NCBI GenBank assembly: GCA_040954595.2
Contig: CM082580.2
Location: 14,460,389-14,524,388 of the forward strand
Source of the DNA: Balanoglossus misakiensis
Lineage: Eukaryota; Animalia; Hemichordata
Direction of reading: 5' to 3'
DNA: 64,000 nt
The position numbers and the translations under genes were made by a program. The notes below the pieces were generated by a model that saw only the letters and a list, made by a program, of their open reading frames with translations, did not search any database and had not been told where the DNA came from. Shown here in pieces: positions 25,001-40,272 of the stretch (the stretch's first letter is position 1; every line of letters starts with the position of its first letter).

Positions 25001-26202
25001 GAGTTACTTGTCACTCCTTGATTTTCAATTCGCCATCTGTGTCTCCAGAAGATGGTCATTGTCGCAACACTATTTCCTGCCTCGATTTTGCAAAAGATTT
25101 TCTGTACAGGATATTAAGGCCGTCATCATACCACTGTTTTTCTCATTCTTTCCAGCCTTTTGTTGTTAAACATCTTTGATAAAAACTTACGTTTGCAAAT
25201 CAAATGCACCAGAAGTAACAAGACCTAAACATGTTGACATAAAATTGGCGCGCTCACGTCTAAGGCATGTTTAGCAGACAATTATATAGGAAATTTTTTT
25301 GAAAGGAAGTACATTATTTTTTTCGAGGAATTCTCTTCCCCAAAACAATGCACCGGGTAACGTATGATGTGTGGTGTCCTCTGGTGTTTCTAAATTTATG
25401 TTTTTATGTTTTTGGAGAGGTCATCTGAAAAAAATTGATCCATCTCTCTATGCTCCATTAAACCTTCCCCAGGTAAAGTCAAACACTTACATACACTTTG
25501 AAATTCTCACAAACTGATGATGTCACATCTCCACACAGAATTCAGTGTCAAAATTGCCGACTGTCAAAATCAGACAGCCTAGTTTTTGACCTAACTTAAT
25601 TTGCTTCGCTCGATCGTTCCGTTCAAAGCTGCATCTAAGCCGTCTCCAAACTCTCAACCCTATCAACATACCTGACATTCTCAAAACCACTACACCTCAT
25701 AACCAAAATGCTGACATAGGCTGGCTAAAAAGGAAAGCTGGGCGGCTTGTGAAAAGGAGGGCTGCAGCAGGTGAAAAAAAAACAGGGCCACCAATAGTAA
25801 TACTTTGCGATAATGATGTTTCAATATTACTTTAAAATTAGAACTGCATAACTCTGATGGGTGCCATTAATATGAATAATGAAATGACATTTGCTTAAAC
25901 TATTTGAAAGTAACAGTTAGCAAGTCACCAGGTGCTTGTATCTGTCCACCAGGGCTTGGAAGGTTCCACGGATATTAATTTCTAAAATGCATTAGCACTG
26001 AATGTAAAACTAAAATCTAATCAACCAACGGCATATTCATTATACGCACATAGAACTTGTAAACCCAATCTTTTACCATGCCTTCTTGAGGTCAGACTGG
26101 AGTCCACAAGCAACAATGTGTACTACATATGTTATACAGGCCTTCTTTAAGAATTTTAATTGTGCGAAAGGATTGTCCACTGATGGGGTGGTCATGCAGG
26201 GA

Positions 26203-26219
26203 GGGGGGGGGGGGGGGGG
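26203..26219. repeat. G17 homopolymer; similar tracts at 1925-1937 (G13), 41693-41705 (C13) and 63131-63147 (G17)
   Basis: Direct reading. Confidence 0.85.
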
Positions 26220-28439
26220 TTGCTACTCTGTTATAGTATCTATATCCTAAATTGACTGAAATATGTGTTATTAGGCAAAGACAAGCTGACATATGTACGG
26301 CACCTCCAGTGTGTGAACAAGAGAGCTAAAATGACTGCAATAATATCAACAGAAATACGGTACCACTCTCACCCTGTAATAGTAGGATCAAGGAATTATG
26401 CAATTTTGTGTCTTACCAGGATGTACATATCATCACAAGTTTCAGGTTTCACCAATGAATATCATCCATCAGTTGATCGATATCATGTTCAGTTTTCCAG
26501 CAAAGATTATTCATTTATTTTAGTAGGATTAGTCGGGAGGATTTGTGTAACTTAACATTTTCCATTGAATTCCTCAGGGGGATCAACAGGAAAGATAAAT
26601 GAATAAAATATTGCCCATCTCTTATTCTCTTATCCGGTAGAGTTTTGAATAAAAAATCTTTATTTTGCACGATATCAACTCAAATACACGAAGAAAAGTT
26701 TACATACACAGGACAATCTATTGGTTAACAGAAACCTTTATGCACGAATCAGGTTTTATTGTTCACCTTTCAAGCCATATAATATGGTTGATTTATTTTT
26801 TTATCCGGCAAATGAAGACCAAGAGAGTTTTTAAAAGGAAAGATGTCTAGGCGAATGCTCTTGAAACTTTAACACACTGATCAATGTTTTAAAGACAAAA
26901 TATGGCATTTTAGCGCACATATAAATTAAACACATGTGAATTATAGCTAAAAAAACTCACAACTTTCAAACAGCATTTTCATTTCCTTTGTAAGTGAAAG
27001 TCATACTGTTAACTTTACACATTTGGCACCGCATGACGTCACTGGTGCTCATGCAAGACGATGAAATGTGTGGAAGTAGTGAGTTAAGGAAAGGATACAA
27101 CAATCACATGACAGCCGGGAATCGTGCGGCAAAAGTTGAATTCAATGTCTGTATGGGAACAGTGTCTTCCAGGAGGAAGCGTGACAAGCTGAGAGCATGC
27201 ACAATACAGGATAGCGCTGTTATTTGAATTGACAATTATTGTATGCACATCTTTAATGGCATGGCCCTCTTCATTTGATCTTGTCACCGACGGCTTTGCA
27301 GTGTTTCTTTTGATGTCATCAAAATGTGGGAAAGTTGCATTCAATTCTGTGGGACAGAAGCATGGTCAACCCACAGGCGAATCTTGATCAAGAAGAGTGG
27401 TCCAATTTGACGAAGAGTATATTGAGAATTTTTCACAGACAATAATAGTATATAACCGACTACCGGTATAGAGAAGCGAGTTATTGCATCACCTTGGAGA
27501 TATTTAAGTGTGATGTTGACATGTAAAACTAGCATAATTTCATAGACAATCCCCTTTGCAAGATAATATGTTTTTCACTGCGTAGGCAGGTCTTCAAAGA
27601 AGTCAGAAGTGAAAGTAATTACACAATAATCACAATGTCTAAAGTAAATAGATTTCGAGGGAAAAATTATTTCATGCCCTAGTTCGGATTTACAAATCGC
27701 TGAGAACTGGAATGATTCATGCCCCCCTTGCTTAAAGTATGAAGACGCAAATAACAAATTCATCATAGATGTCATTGGAAATATCATTTCCCATCGCTGT
27801 TTGACATTCTCCAGTGCACTTAATGGACAATTTGGCAAATGTATTCAATGATTGTGCGGGCAGTGCAACATGTGTATCTATGGCAACAGTGATTACAACT
27901 CCCAAACGTTTTTGTAAACATACTATAATTTATTGGAACTTTAATAACCTGCCCTGCAATATGCAACGAGCGTTAAAAATACGTAAATCTCATTTTTGGG
28001 GAAAGTATTCATTTTTGGGTGGAAAAAGGAGAGTTGATGTCGAGATGAAATAGAATGATGACCGAACACTTCAAGGGTGTGTCAAATATGGCGCCAGGCT
28101 GACACTGCAGTTTTTCTTATATTCAGGTGTCTATATAGTCTAAAACTTGTGTTATCGCTCACTCTTCTATATTAGACAACATGTTAATAAAATGCTACAG
28201 AGCACACTGGTTTGCCAAAGTTGCTGAACAGTTTAGCTTGTTTCATATCCATGGAGTGTTTCCGACAAAGTCCTCGGAGTTGGATATCTTAAACACGCTT
28301 ATGAGGGGTGCCCCAGAAAATTCTCTTTCTTTTAGTGGCATATTTCTATGGAACGGAAAAGGTATTCCTGAATAAAGAGAATTCCACGGCTATCTGAGAG
28401 TGCAACTCTATGTACGAGTGCGCCACTTGTGGGCAGGAC

Positions 28440-28652
28440 TGAACGAGCACCCAATTGGCTGGGAGCATGACGTTATTAAGCCTTTACGAACAGGAGTACA
28501 AACAGTACCGGTACACGCATCAAGCTGAGAGCCTCAATGATAGTGAGTACATGCTGATTTATCAGTCAATGTATCAGTGATAGGGACTTCTACACGGGTT
28601 CTAAACCTATCACAGCACACACTACTAGCCGAGCCCTGGTGTTGGCCACAGG
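28440..28652 (+). promoter_or_regulatory. Candidate promoter and non-coding first exon of the GPCR gene
   Basis: CCAATTGG (28451-28458), half-CRE TGACG (28468-28472) and TATA-like TTATTAA (28473-28479), then about 150 nt of GC-richer sequence ending in a strong donor CAGG|GTAAGA at 28652/28653. The GPCR start exon (44963) has an acceptor and needs an upstream exon. Confidence 0.4.
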
Positions 28653-31600
28653 GTAAGAAACCTATTTCAATTTGAATTAAGGTAGAATCAAGATATTTCT
28701 CAGAAATTTATTCTCTTTGAAAGACGGATTTTAGACTCGGTATTTTGCAGAAGACGGCAATTCTTCTGAAAATTCGCCCGGTACTCATCCATATTTCATG
28801 CTGGTTTAAGAAAATGTATTTTTTTAAATCAAATATGCTGCGAGCTTATTCTTTCAGTATTTTTATTTGATGATCAAACCATATTTTCAGAAAGCTGAGA
28901 ATCGTAACGTTATTTTTGATGAGTTGGTTTACTCAAAACCGTAAAATGTATGCATATATGAAATTTCAGAATACTTCAAGAGTTGGTGTTGCTTTCAAGT
29001 TAAGTTCATTCAAAACATGCGTTGTAGTAGTTAGCTAGGCTTTATCTACAGCTACTGTTTTGCAAAAAACCTCAGAGATAGTCGTTTTTATCTGAGGTAA
29101 ATTCAATTAGCTTTTTCCGTGCATGATGTGGGTACTAAAACGCCTAAAATAACTTTTGCTGCAAGTACTAAACTGGCTGAAACTATATTTTATTGTGAGC
29201 TGCATGTATATTCGTAGAATGGCATGCGAAAATTCAAGACAATTGGAACTATGCAGAGCCACGTTATATTTCTTTGAAATTTAAAGATAAAATTAAGCAA
29301 ACCCCCAAGATAACTTGCATAACCAAGTTGAAATAATTTGAAACATTTGTTTCAACGTGTGAAATTTGATGTGTGAACTTTACTAAGTATCCGATCGACA
29401 TTTATATTCCCCTATCTCTAATAGGGATATTTAATTTTCATACTTAGTTTGTCAAATGTTTCTTTTGTTTTTCCTAGAATCGATTTGCATGTACTGTCAG
29501 TGATTAAGGAATTTTGAATATGCTTGGCCTCAGTATGGTTATGATGTATATATTGAGATGTTGCATACTTCTCACCATTAATCTTGCCATGGTATGGATG
29601 TGTGTGAGGTCAACTTTCGCTCCAGGGGCGACTCACCTGCATGTATAAATACACTATCAGTTGCAAATTGCTCACTGCATGAGTGTGCATTACTTGAAAG
29701 CAGAAATAGGGGGCATTATATGACCAAGGTTTCACATATGACTGCACAAACAGATGATGCTCCGTGGTACATCCATGAGATCCTATTCAACTTTTTCTTT
29801 CAATTTACATAGGACAAACTTTGATAGCACCAATCGTTTTTGAAAGCAATCTTGATTCAAACGGAAATCGCTACTCATTCTTCAGTAAATTTTCATGCAA
29901 CTCGTTTAGTAGTACCCGCTGCAAAGTGGCTTCATTTTCATTTTTCCCTTGCGATGATGCATTGCACTATCAAATCGGCATATACTGAGTGAACTATATC
30001 CATTGCCAGCTTCACACCGCACACCGCATGGCTGCATGATTGGGTGAGATGCGTTGGTTGCACCAAAGCACCATTCTCTAAAGCGTATTTCACGCTCGGA
30101 TGCCAACTCTGGAGATAAGATCCATTTAATTGCCGATAACACACCGTTGTGCATTGCTCTCAGAATCCGTCTCTTAAAAATTGCACACCGAGAAAAATTT
30201 ATGGTGTCGTGCTGGCGATTACGCAGTTAATCATAGACTACACACGTGACCTTGTAGCCATGGAAATATGCCGAAGAAGCGAGCAAATAGTTTTTGATGG
30301 AAATTGCGTGGCAAAAGGATAAAGCAAATCCTCTATTTGATTTGAGAAGGCACACAGAAGTATTTTGGTCGCTTAGCAGAGGAGAATATCATAGTCAAGG
30401 TAATTCTATCTGGACAGGGATGAGCTTAATTGAATTCGCTCCAACGGTAATGACTCGGAAATAAGCGTTTCTTTAAAGAGAAACATAAGTCATGGCATTG
30501 ACGACCGTTGTAGCTTCAACATTTTCTCCTATTTTACATATAATACCGGTATATAGTTTATATATAGGACAACAGCACAAATAAATATTCTTCACCAAGA
30601 TATTATTTGCCAATGTTTGCCAAATTGCAGATATTTACAGAGATTCGTCAGGTAGACAGTCTAAGAACAAACTTTATCCAACTTATGCTGACATATAGAT
30701 GCCAGTCTATGATTGTGCCCCAAATAATGCATAGAAAACACCCCAAGCTGTGTTTGGGTATTTTTATTTGGCCTTTCCGGATCGGCAGCAACACAACAGT
30801 TGAATGCAGAACTTCCGCTGTTCTTGCGTCGTGACTCATAGATACTTGATACACCGCAAGGTGTATTCACCAATGACAATTCTCTGATTCTGTGTCGTTG
30901 GATTTCTTTGTGTTGCCGCAGGACTTGGCAATAGACTCTGCGGTATGAAAGTGAAGTCCATGCTTTCCCTTAGGTACAATTATGCACTCCTCAATTGCCT
31001 TGCGTGTTGTCTACTTGGTGCCCAGAAAATGGAATGAGGAACAAAGTCATTGCATCTCCTCCATGTTCGCGTGGGTTGCGTGCTCAATTCAAAATTCTGA
31101 GAAAATTTCATTTTCTTCAGACAGTGTTCCTTTTAGAGGTGACAACCCGTCAACAACATCTCTTTCAAAAATTGTGTAAAATAGAGGTACATGGCAACTT
31201 CCTGTTTTTAATAGTTGACGCAGTGTAAAAACATCATAAAACTTCGCTGTGTCTTGTAAAAGACACACATTAAAGGGAGATATAAGGCCATATTTTTCAT
31301 TTATTGTGGTTTGTAACAAGCTTTTCAAAACTGTTTTAATATTCCATACAGTGATCTTATGATAATAGACTCAGTGACAATATGGAAAATCGCGGAAGAG
31401 CGCAAAATGAAAAAGATCTTCTGGACAACTGCCACTTTTCAATTTTGATGACGTCAACGACAGAGCAGAAATTACTGGTTGCTACAAGCTGGTCTGGTTC
31501 AAATTTCCAATTACAGTTTTGCGCGAGCAGAGTCTTCAAACATATCCTTCCTTTGATTATGAAAACTAGCTGAAATCTGACTGTAATCACATGCTGTAGT

Positions 31601-34600
31601 TGCTTGGTGACAACATCTATTGACCAGAGTTCATTTTCAATGACCTGCTGATTTCCAATCAGGCTTTTGGGTTAAAATAGTTGACTGTTAGTGTTAATCT
31701 GACACGCGAACCAACACTCGTAACAGTCCCACAAGTAAAACAAAGCTTTGTAAATAACAATGCATCAGTTGTTACATTTGAATACGCACAGCAATCCTGG
31801 CACATCTGATGTCACATCTTACAGAATGAGTAGTGCCAACCTTCTTAAGGAAATAGTCACATATGATCTATTGTGACACACCTAGTCTGTTTCGTGTGAT
31901 ATGAAAGAAAAGATGCATTTTTTCAGAGCATGCTGTAAAGTTGGCGGATACGCTTGGGCAACAAAAATAAATACTTGCATGCATCAAAATTGAAAATGTG
32001 AATTAAACAAATGTAATAAAGGTAATAGGTCATGTTGTCATGCGCAAGGGCGGGATTATCAGTCACCTAGGATACGCGGCATAACATCTCCTCTAGTACT
32101 TCTGTCTTCCGAGTATCCTCGCATAAATTTTTCATTGTGTCATTCACGAATCCAATACTTTGCCTGTAATGCGTGTCTGTCTTTTGAAGGGGATCACGTT
32201 GTGAATACAAAATGAACTTCAGTATTCGCGGCGGTAACTTTTGATCATCTTAAATGAGAAAACAAAAACACAGAGTGTATCACCAGATGAAGAAGTCGGG
32301 CAAATCGGTATCCCTGTGTCGTTCAAAGCCGAGTTCCTGGTGGTGGTTATAGGGCGTAATTGGTGCCTCAAAACAGCGTCGTCTGCATTTATGAAAATCG
32401 CCGCTTGCAGAACATAATTTAGACACTCTTTTATCTCGGCAAAGTGTTGTTCGCATGATGTCACGTCTTGTAGAAAACCCAGTTCGCTAATATGATGTTG
32501 ATTTTTTACAAGCAATATTCATTGCTTTTTTGCGAAATAGTGTTCTGAGGCTTTGAGGTAAGAACTTTGTGATGGGATGGGATGATATTCCATCTAAAAC
32601 GTCTAGAAAGTACGTAGAACAGTGATATTATTTTATGGCGATCATAAAGATGTGGTGATGCCTGCTTTCTACCCCTAAATAATCAAGAAACTCTCCACCG
32701 TTGCATTACAAAACTTATCACCAAACACATTTCTATGGCAACCCACAACAACAAATGGTTGCTCATTCTGTCTCCTGCAACGTTCTTTTATTCCATGTGT
32801 TAATCTATATATTCATAGAATCAACACCGGAGTTATGGATTCAGCTAAATTAGATTTCAGCTCCACAAAGGAAATCACTCACAGTTTATTGGTGCCAGTC
32901 ACGACAAGCGCTGTTTTCCCTCAAATGAAAAGTACATTCATACGGTGTTTTCGAAACAGCTTAAAAATACATTTGTCTGAGAGTTATGATGACTGCATTG
33001 GGTAATTGCACCATTTTTGTGCGTTTTGTGGACAAGAAATGCGTAAAATTAATGCATGTCCTCAGACTGATAAATAAATTACTGCTTTTGGAACATTTGA
33101 CTGCTGTTTACTGTCTTTTGAGAGGAACAAAGTCACTCACCGTTGACATCATTTTCTTCAGTTTTTGATAGCTTATGATGTTCAGATGCTGCCTTATTTG
33201 TCACGTTTAAATGTGAACATCTTTGGTTTATAGTGAAACACATTCACTCAAGAATCACTCTATACATAGACTGATTTGGTTAATTGCTTTCTGCAGATGC
33301 TCCGGGCATTGCCACCGAATAGTTATCACTTGCACAAGGCTTCCTATTACCTATCAAAATGCTGATAGCTATATTGAGACTGAGACCCACGCGGTAGCCT
33401 GCCAGATATCTTCCTATGTATAAAGAGTGCTCTTAGAAATCACAAGGGTTACGATTAATGACTACGCTCCAGGCACAATGATGCTGCAATCCGATGCAGC
33501 CCCGCTAATCTCTTTTCCCCAATTGCCAAACATTTCCATAATGATTACTCTTTCCCATGATAATATCAGTGTGGCAGCATGTGGTGTTTCCTTTGACGAA
33601 GTTCAGTTATACCGGTACAATAAAACTGGTCCTATGCTGTAGTTTGCTATGCTCTCGTTTCAATGCAAGGAACATACCTTGCTAGGGGTAAAATCAACTG
33701 CAATACAAAACACACACCATATAAGGCGAAGGCAAAGAAAGATATCTGCACTTCTGTGAATGACACAAATAACTGACGTCAGGTGTTTTGAATGAAAAGA
33801 CATGGAATAGGCCGATATGCCCACAACGTCAACCATTGTAATATCAATATTGGCTTACGCCTGGAAACGGCAACAATTAATCGCCACAGCATTGATAGCA
33901 TCTGAGATCATTTGCCGAACAGATATACCATACTTTCTCCGTCCCATGATATCTGCCATTAAAGCCCTCGTAGGGAGCCGGAAATAGCTCTTAGTGATTA
34001 AAATAGCCATTTGTTCTTTGATTTTTGTAGTCAGTAAAATCGAGTGAATAACCATCACACTCACGTATTTTGTGTTCTTTCAAGCCTTTTTCATATTTGA
34101 ATTATGAATTGTTCTGATGCCTTAAAATGACGTCAATTCAGGAAATTGGGGCTTAATCGGTTTGGAACTCCTTTATTTATTTATGCTTGGCATCTAAAGA
34201 ACCGGAAATTGGAGCAGTTTCTATTCATTCAGATGATCCAGATATACCATTAAATATAATAATATATCAGTACATAATATATATAAACTGATATGAAAGC
34301 AATCACAAATAACACGCAGCCAAAACGTCTACACAAAATTTGCAAATTGGATTGTTGTGTGCTCCCATAGTTGACCTTGAAATGTTTAACTATAGACTCC
34401 CTCTTACATGGTTTTTCGCTTCAGACATCAAAAGAATATAAACCCTTCTAATTTACATTTGACCATATATGGCTCAAAGAGCGCGTTTAAGACTTCTAAT
34501 GACCATGTTGTGAAATATTCCTTCGAGTGCTTAGCTTAGTGAATATCTGTGAATAATAGGACTTTTACTCTGTATGGCAATTGTTGTTAAATTTGCATAG

Positions 34601-37600
34601 GTGATGGCGTACCTTTGAAACAAGACTCTGAACATTAAAATGTTCACTAAATTGAGCATTATCCTAATCGATAAGCGGTTGTTGCTCTCACAACAATACG
34701 CGTACACGTAGAACGCCAGTAACGTAAGTTTCAAGTTCAAAGAGAAACTGGTTTCTGGCCTAATTTCAAAAATAGTGTCACACAAGACAGTAGGTTAGAC
34801 CATATGGGTTAGATGCATATTTTGAGCACACTTTATAATCTGTGGAGTTTGTTCGAATTACATGAAAGTCAACTGCTTGCGACAACACTTCTGAAATTAT
34901 ATCGCCCTCTCTCTGAGCTGAAGCTTTGCTTCTTGGCATTCGAAAGTGAACACGGTACAGATTCATGAACACTTGTTGCCTAAAAATCAGAATAACTTCA
35001 CATGATTACTCCTAAATTATGTACAATCCACTATCCCCACATGAAATCCCTCTACGCAAGAGTTGACACACATCATTTGCCTGCGAATTGTTTTGTTGAT
35101 TAATCTGATGGGTGAGAATTCGCCCGCAATGAAATAATTTAATTTTAGAAACTGACATTTAATAGTAACACTTCACCGATTAATCTACAAGTACATTGTA
35201 AGCGTTCATTACCCCTGCCATTGAGCAGTCACCGTGGCCAATATCTGTCACTATGGTTAGTCATTTTGAGCATGTTAGATAACTGCATTGAAAACAGACA
35301 TTTGTTCACTCTCCGAGGGATGGTTGGTGTTTGTGATAGAGATACACTGGTCACTTGCAATGAATGAAATGATCTGCAGAGAATAGGTTGTCAGCCGTTA
35401 CCAATTTATAATCGCCTGTTGAACCATGGAAACATCAACTCATTTCTTTTGTTTGTGTGTTGTCTGATATTTACTAGTAATTCAGAAGGTGAGCAGTGAT
35501 GGATATTTGTATATTATCTACAATGTAATAGTGTTTTTAGTTTTGCAATTAAATTTCAACGATTTGTTTACCATGGAAAGGATGATATTAACATATAAGC
35601 TGTAGCAACAAATAAAGCAGTCACCACTCCCGGTCAATATTCCAGTCACTGAGGCAAATGTCCTCTGTAATTTCAATTCAGTAAAATCAAATGTTTAATA
35701 CCAATTTACGTCAGAGCACATTTTATAAAAATACATGTGCATAAAACGTCATACTTCGCAGGAGGTCGTTCGAGTCTTTTATATCACAATAAGTAAAGTG
35801 CCCTAACGGAAAAAAAATTGTTACAGCCTGATTTCACTCAAGCAAACCAGTGTGAGGAAACGTTTTCCGTAAGTATGCTTTTAACTGAATATTCTTAATG
35901 CATGAGTTCTACGAGTCAATACATTTGTTTCATGCACCTATATTTTTGTTCGGGAATAGGTGACCGAAACGTACCAGTATACGGTACGCTGTCGTGTTAT
36001 TGCTATTGAGCAGAATCAATTAAACCCATAAGTGCTTGAGTGTTGGGCTTAACTGTAATTTATCACCATGACTTTGTTTATTGCATACCATGATCGAGGA
36101 TTTGCATTGACTTGGCTTCACAAAATTAAACCAGGTTCAATTAAATATGATTTACTCAAAAAGACTCGATCAGTATCTACGACACATATTTTTGCCACGT
36201 AAATGAAGCACTCGCAGAACAAGAGCAACCAATCAACATTTCCATGTGATACCGGTTCCGTCATACAGAGAAAGTGATACAATTAAGAGACTGTGGGTTT
36301 CACCAAGCCTTGCCACCTGTACACTCAGGCTATGTGACTGTTACTTTCAGAGGAAAAATACTCACTACAAGTATTGCAGTCATTTGCCAATGGTGAAGGT
36401 TTATATCACTTTCCGTAATGTAAATGCTGTTTTGTTATGCGGTCAATGAAATTTACGGTCATGAAACCTTGGAAGACAGGGTTCAACAAGGATCAGTGTT
36501 TTACACAGCCTAAATCGAGCTTTATTCTAAGAGAAGACATATAGGCAAGGTATGAAATATTACTATTTGTAACTTTGATTCAATAATTGTCTATATTTTA
36601 CTGTTGTTGTTCATTCAAGTTAAATTAGATAATATGTATGCCATGTTGCAGCCCACACGTTAATACTTTGTGTGACAGCTATGCCCTTACAGGTAAAAAA
36701 GATTGAAGGAATGTCTGTTCTTTTGTAGGGAATTCCAGACCTCTTTGTGTTCGGTGTTAAAAGTCCTGTAAATTATTATCGTCAACCTACAGAAGTACAT
36801 AACCTATTTAGGCAGCTCGTTGATTTCATTCTAACTATATCCTCACAAGTGTATATGAATGCAATTGTGAAGTCATTGATGTCTGAGTGTGACAGCCGGT
36901 GTTTTATTCAATGGTTTTTAGCCATGTAGCTTCATGCTGAATAACGGCCACATATTCACAGTAAACGTGTGAATGTGTCAAAACTGTTCTGTATTTTTAT
37001 ATCAACAGACGGCGACAGCTGTTATAAACACAATGTGATATGGCTATGAGCGTGCGCGTGTATATCTCTATAGTTGTGGTCAAATTTTGACGAATTTCCA
37101 AGTGATCCTGGGATCAAAATTCAGTGGTCAAAATAGAAACAGTGAGACTTGTTTCCTTTGTCACCGACTTTGCAAGTGGTTGGACAATTTATGGCTCATT
37201 TATATTATTTCACCACAACAACTTGGATTAAGAATATTTTCATTGTCACGACTATTTTCATTGTCTCTCTCTCTCTATCCATTACGGACTAATTATTGAG
37301 TATTGTAATGACACTTAAAGATTCCATAAGTTCAACCTTGATTGATCAACATGTGCCACTGTTCCCCCAAAATCTGCCATATTGTGGTCCACACGAAAAC
37401 AGACCAGCTGCATTGATACAAACGACTGTCATTACTTAAGGTATTTTTCCGTTTACAAATCATTCTAAAGAGTACATGGGGCAGAATTTGAACATGTGGA
37501 AGATAATTTATGAGAAACATAAACTGTGTCTTTATACTGTTGATGCGATTTAGGTCCCACATTAACTTGATTAAATTCATTAAAGATTTGACATTTTGAC

Positions 37601-39653
37601 AACAGCCATAAAGTACACCTGACCCAAACTGAACAAAGCTAATGAAATGAGCATTATTACATATGCCATAAATGCCCTGCACAGGCAAATGATTTGTCCT
37701 CACTCCCGGGGTGTGTAATTGTGAAATATTTAGTGACCGGATAATAAAACGATGAAAAGCAGCATGTGTCTACTACATGCCACGCTACCAGATATTGGAA
37801 ACCTCTTATAGAACATACAAGTACATGTACTAGATGTATGTGACAAGATTGCTCTCGCCAATAGCATGTGTTTGGCGTTAACTGGTCGAAGCTTTATTTA
37901 AATGCTCTTGCCTGGATGGAAGAGATTTAATAATATGTGACCAAAAGTGGCACGGTTTTGCAGATATAACTAATAACCGCTGACACCAAAATATCAGCAT
38001 CTGATGAATACAAGGACGGTTCAAAACTGCAAATCCAAATGTGGAATTCACATTTACATGGTTTTGCTTCTGTTCATCCGTACGTTTTACCTTCGAGTGG
38101 CAATAGAAATTGTGAAAAGAGATTGCGATACTACTTGACACAATTCACAATTCTTCAGGTGATACATTGACTTAATTGATTGAAAATATGGTTTTATTAT
38201 TGAAATTTCTATTGCATATATTTATAACTTTAGATACGGTGGATCATTTATTCACGAACATGTCACACTACGTTTTATAGAAAACATTATTTATTTATGG
38301 CAGATTAAATTGGACAATCTCAACATAAATGCTATTTTCATCACAGTAAAATATCATGTAAGACTTTCTAACCTGCTAGCAGGTACTCGCAATTGAAAAA
38401 GTGCAAATTTTACACAGGCAGCATACGATTTAATTGGTATCTTTTAGTTTTCATACTAATTCACTCCAAGTAAGTGTTATTTCATTATTCCTTGATTTGT
38501 GATCGGAATGTTCCTCTCTATTTTAGGGTTTATGTTGTTTAAATATGAAAATTACAGATTTCACCAACTTTCACTTACACATATGGCAAAATAGTAAGAT
38601 GAAATCAATCTCTGGTAATTTATATCAGTGTCAGTTGGTTGGCCACACGAAAAATTTCACCAACTCATGGTCAATAGAAGACCGAGACACGCAATTAAAT
38701 CATATACAGGGAATATGTTAATTGAATAGAGGCGATTACAATAAATGTTATGTGCATTTGTATTTGTATGTTTATAGCATTTTAATTTGCAGTGAAACAA
38801 TTGGCATAGTATATGAATGACGGTTTCAGATTGTACTTCTGCTGTCATAGCAGTGGTAATGATATGAACTCTTTATTATATAAAACCGAGTTGATATAAA
38901 ATGAAAAGAGCCGATCAGTATCATTTGATTGACAAGATGTGCACCTCTTTTGACCACCCCACCATGAAAATGTCAAAGCCACCCTTTCATTATATGCAAA
39001 ATTGGTAAATCAGAACTATTCATCCTGTAAAATAGACAACATTGTTGTGGTCTCAAGTGACTGCAGAGAGGAAGCTGGCTGTGATTTGAACGCCGTACAA
39101 AGAAAACAACTGGGAAGATTCAGTTTTCGCGTTAAAAACACAAAATATTTCATCAATTTCCTCAATGGCAAAAAACATCATCAATGCAATTAATCAAATT
39201 CTGGCGCACAATGCACTGTGATAAGGTGATAGCAAAATGAACAGAATGTTCACCCTACATATTGTTGTCAACCTTATCGCTCTGTTTTCACATTGATTAT
39301 TTCAATTTTAACTAACGTTTTTGAGATAGTGCTATACACAAGAGACCTTCAATATCCTAGAACAAGGACGTTAACATCCTAGCACTGGCAGCACCCCAAC
39401 AGAGAACACATCCCTGTACTGGCCATGTAACGCTCATCTTTTTAACAGGCAATGCATCTATTTTGCTGTGTAAACAAGACTGCTCTTACTTATGTTTTAT
39501 AGACCTTTGATACAGCTATTATTGAACATATAGCTGTAAGGGAGAATTGTTTCTAGGACAATACAGAGCAAGAATCTTCATGGGGTTTATACGTCTGTTT
39601 TCCCATGCAAATTTGGCAAGATTTAACACTTTTAAATGAGGGATACTTTTTAA

Positions 39654-40272
39654 AGGGGAAATCCGTCGTAGCTGATTTCTACATAATTTGGTAGCTTTGA
39701 TGTCACTCTTTCAGAAAAAAACATATTCGCCATGTATAGGTCGCGCGATTTTTTACAAAATCTAGGGAAAGTTGGCAGAATTTCCAATATGAAGTTTACT
39801 GTAATTTGAATCATGGGAAAAAAAGCGCCAGGACCAACTTCCGCCCACCTTAGTGGGGGTGATACCATTTTCCGATTGGTGTCACTGCGTCACAAGCTAA
39901 GCGTATTTGCATATTTTCCATGGGTTATAGCTCATGAAAACTGTCAATAGATGACAAATTTTCGACTTTGCTGATGATTGTTTATCAACTGATGCAAAGA
40001 ACAAACAATAGCTATGAAAATACGCCTAGTCTGTCGCCCAGTGACACCTATCGGAGAATGGTATCACCCACACCATGGTGGGCGGAAGTTGGTCCTGGCG
40101 CTTTTTTTCCCATGATTCAAATTACAGTAAACGCCATATTGGAAATTCTGCCAACTTTCCCTAGATTTTGTAAAAAATCGCGCGACCTATACATGGCGAA
40201 TATGTTTTTTTCTGAAAGAGTGACATCAAAGCTACCAAATTATGTAGAAATCAGCTACGACGGATTTCCCCT
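39654..40272. mobile_element. 619-bp foldback MITE with about 260-bp terminal inverted repeats and TTAA target-site duplication (Kolobok-like)
   Basis: TTAA(39650-39653)|AGGGGAAATCCGTCGTAGC...GCTACGACGGATTTCCCCT|TTAA(40273-40276). The outer 138 nt of the arms are identical, then 2 mismatches, then about 55 more identical nt. Similarity decays towards 39913/40013, leaving a spacer of about 100 nt. Confidence 0.92.
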
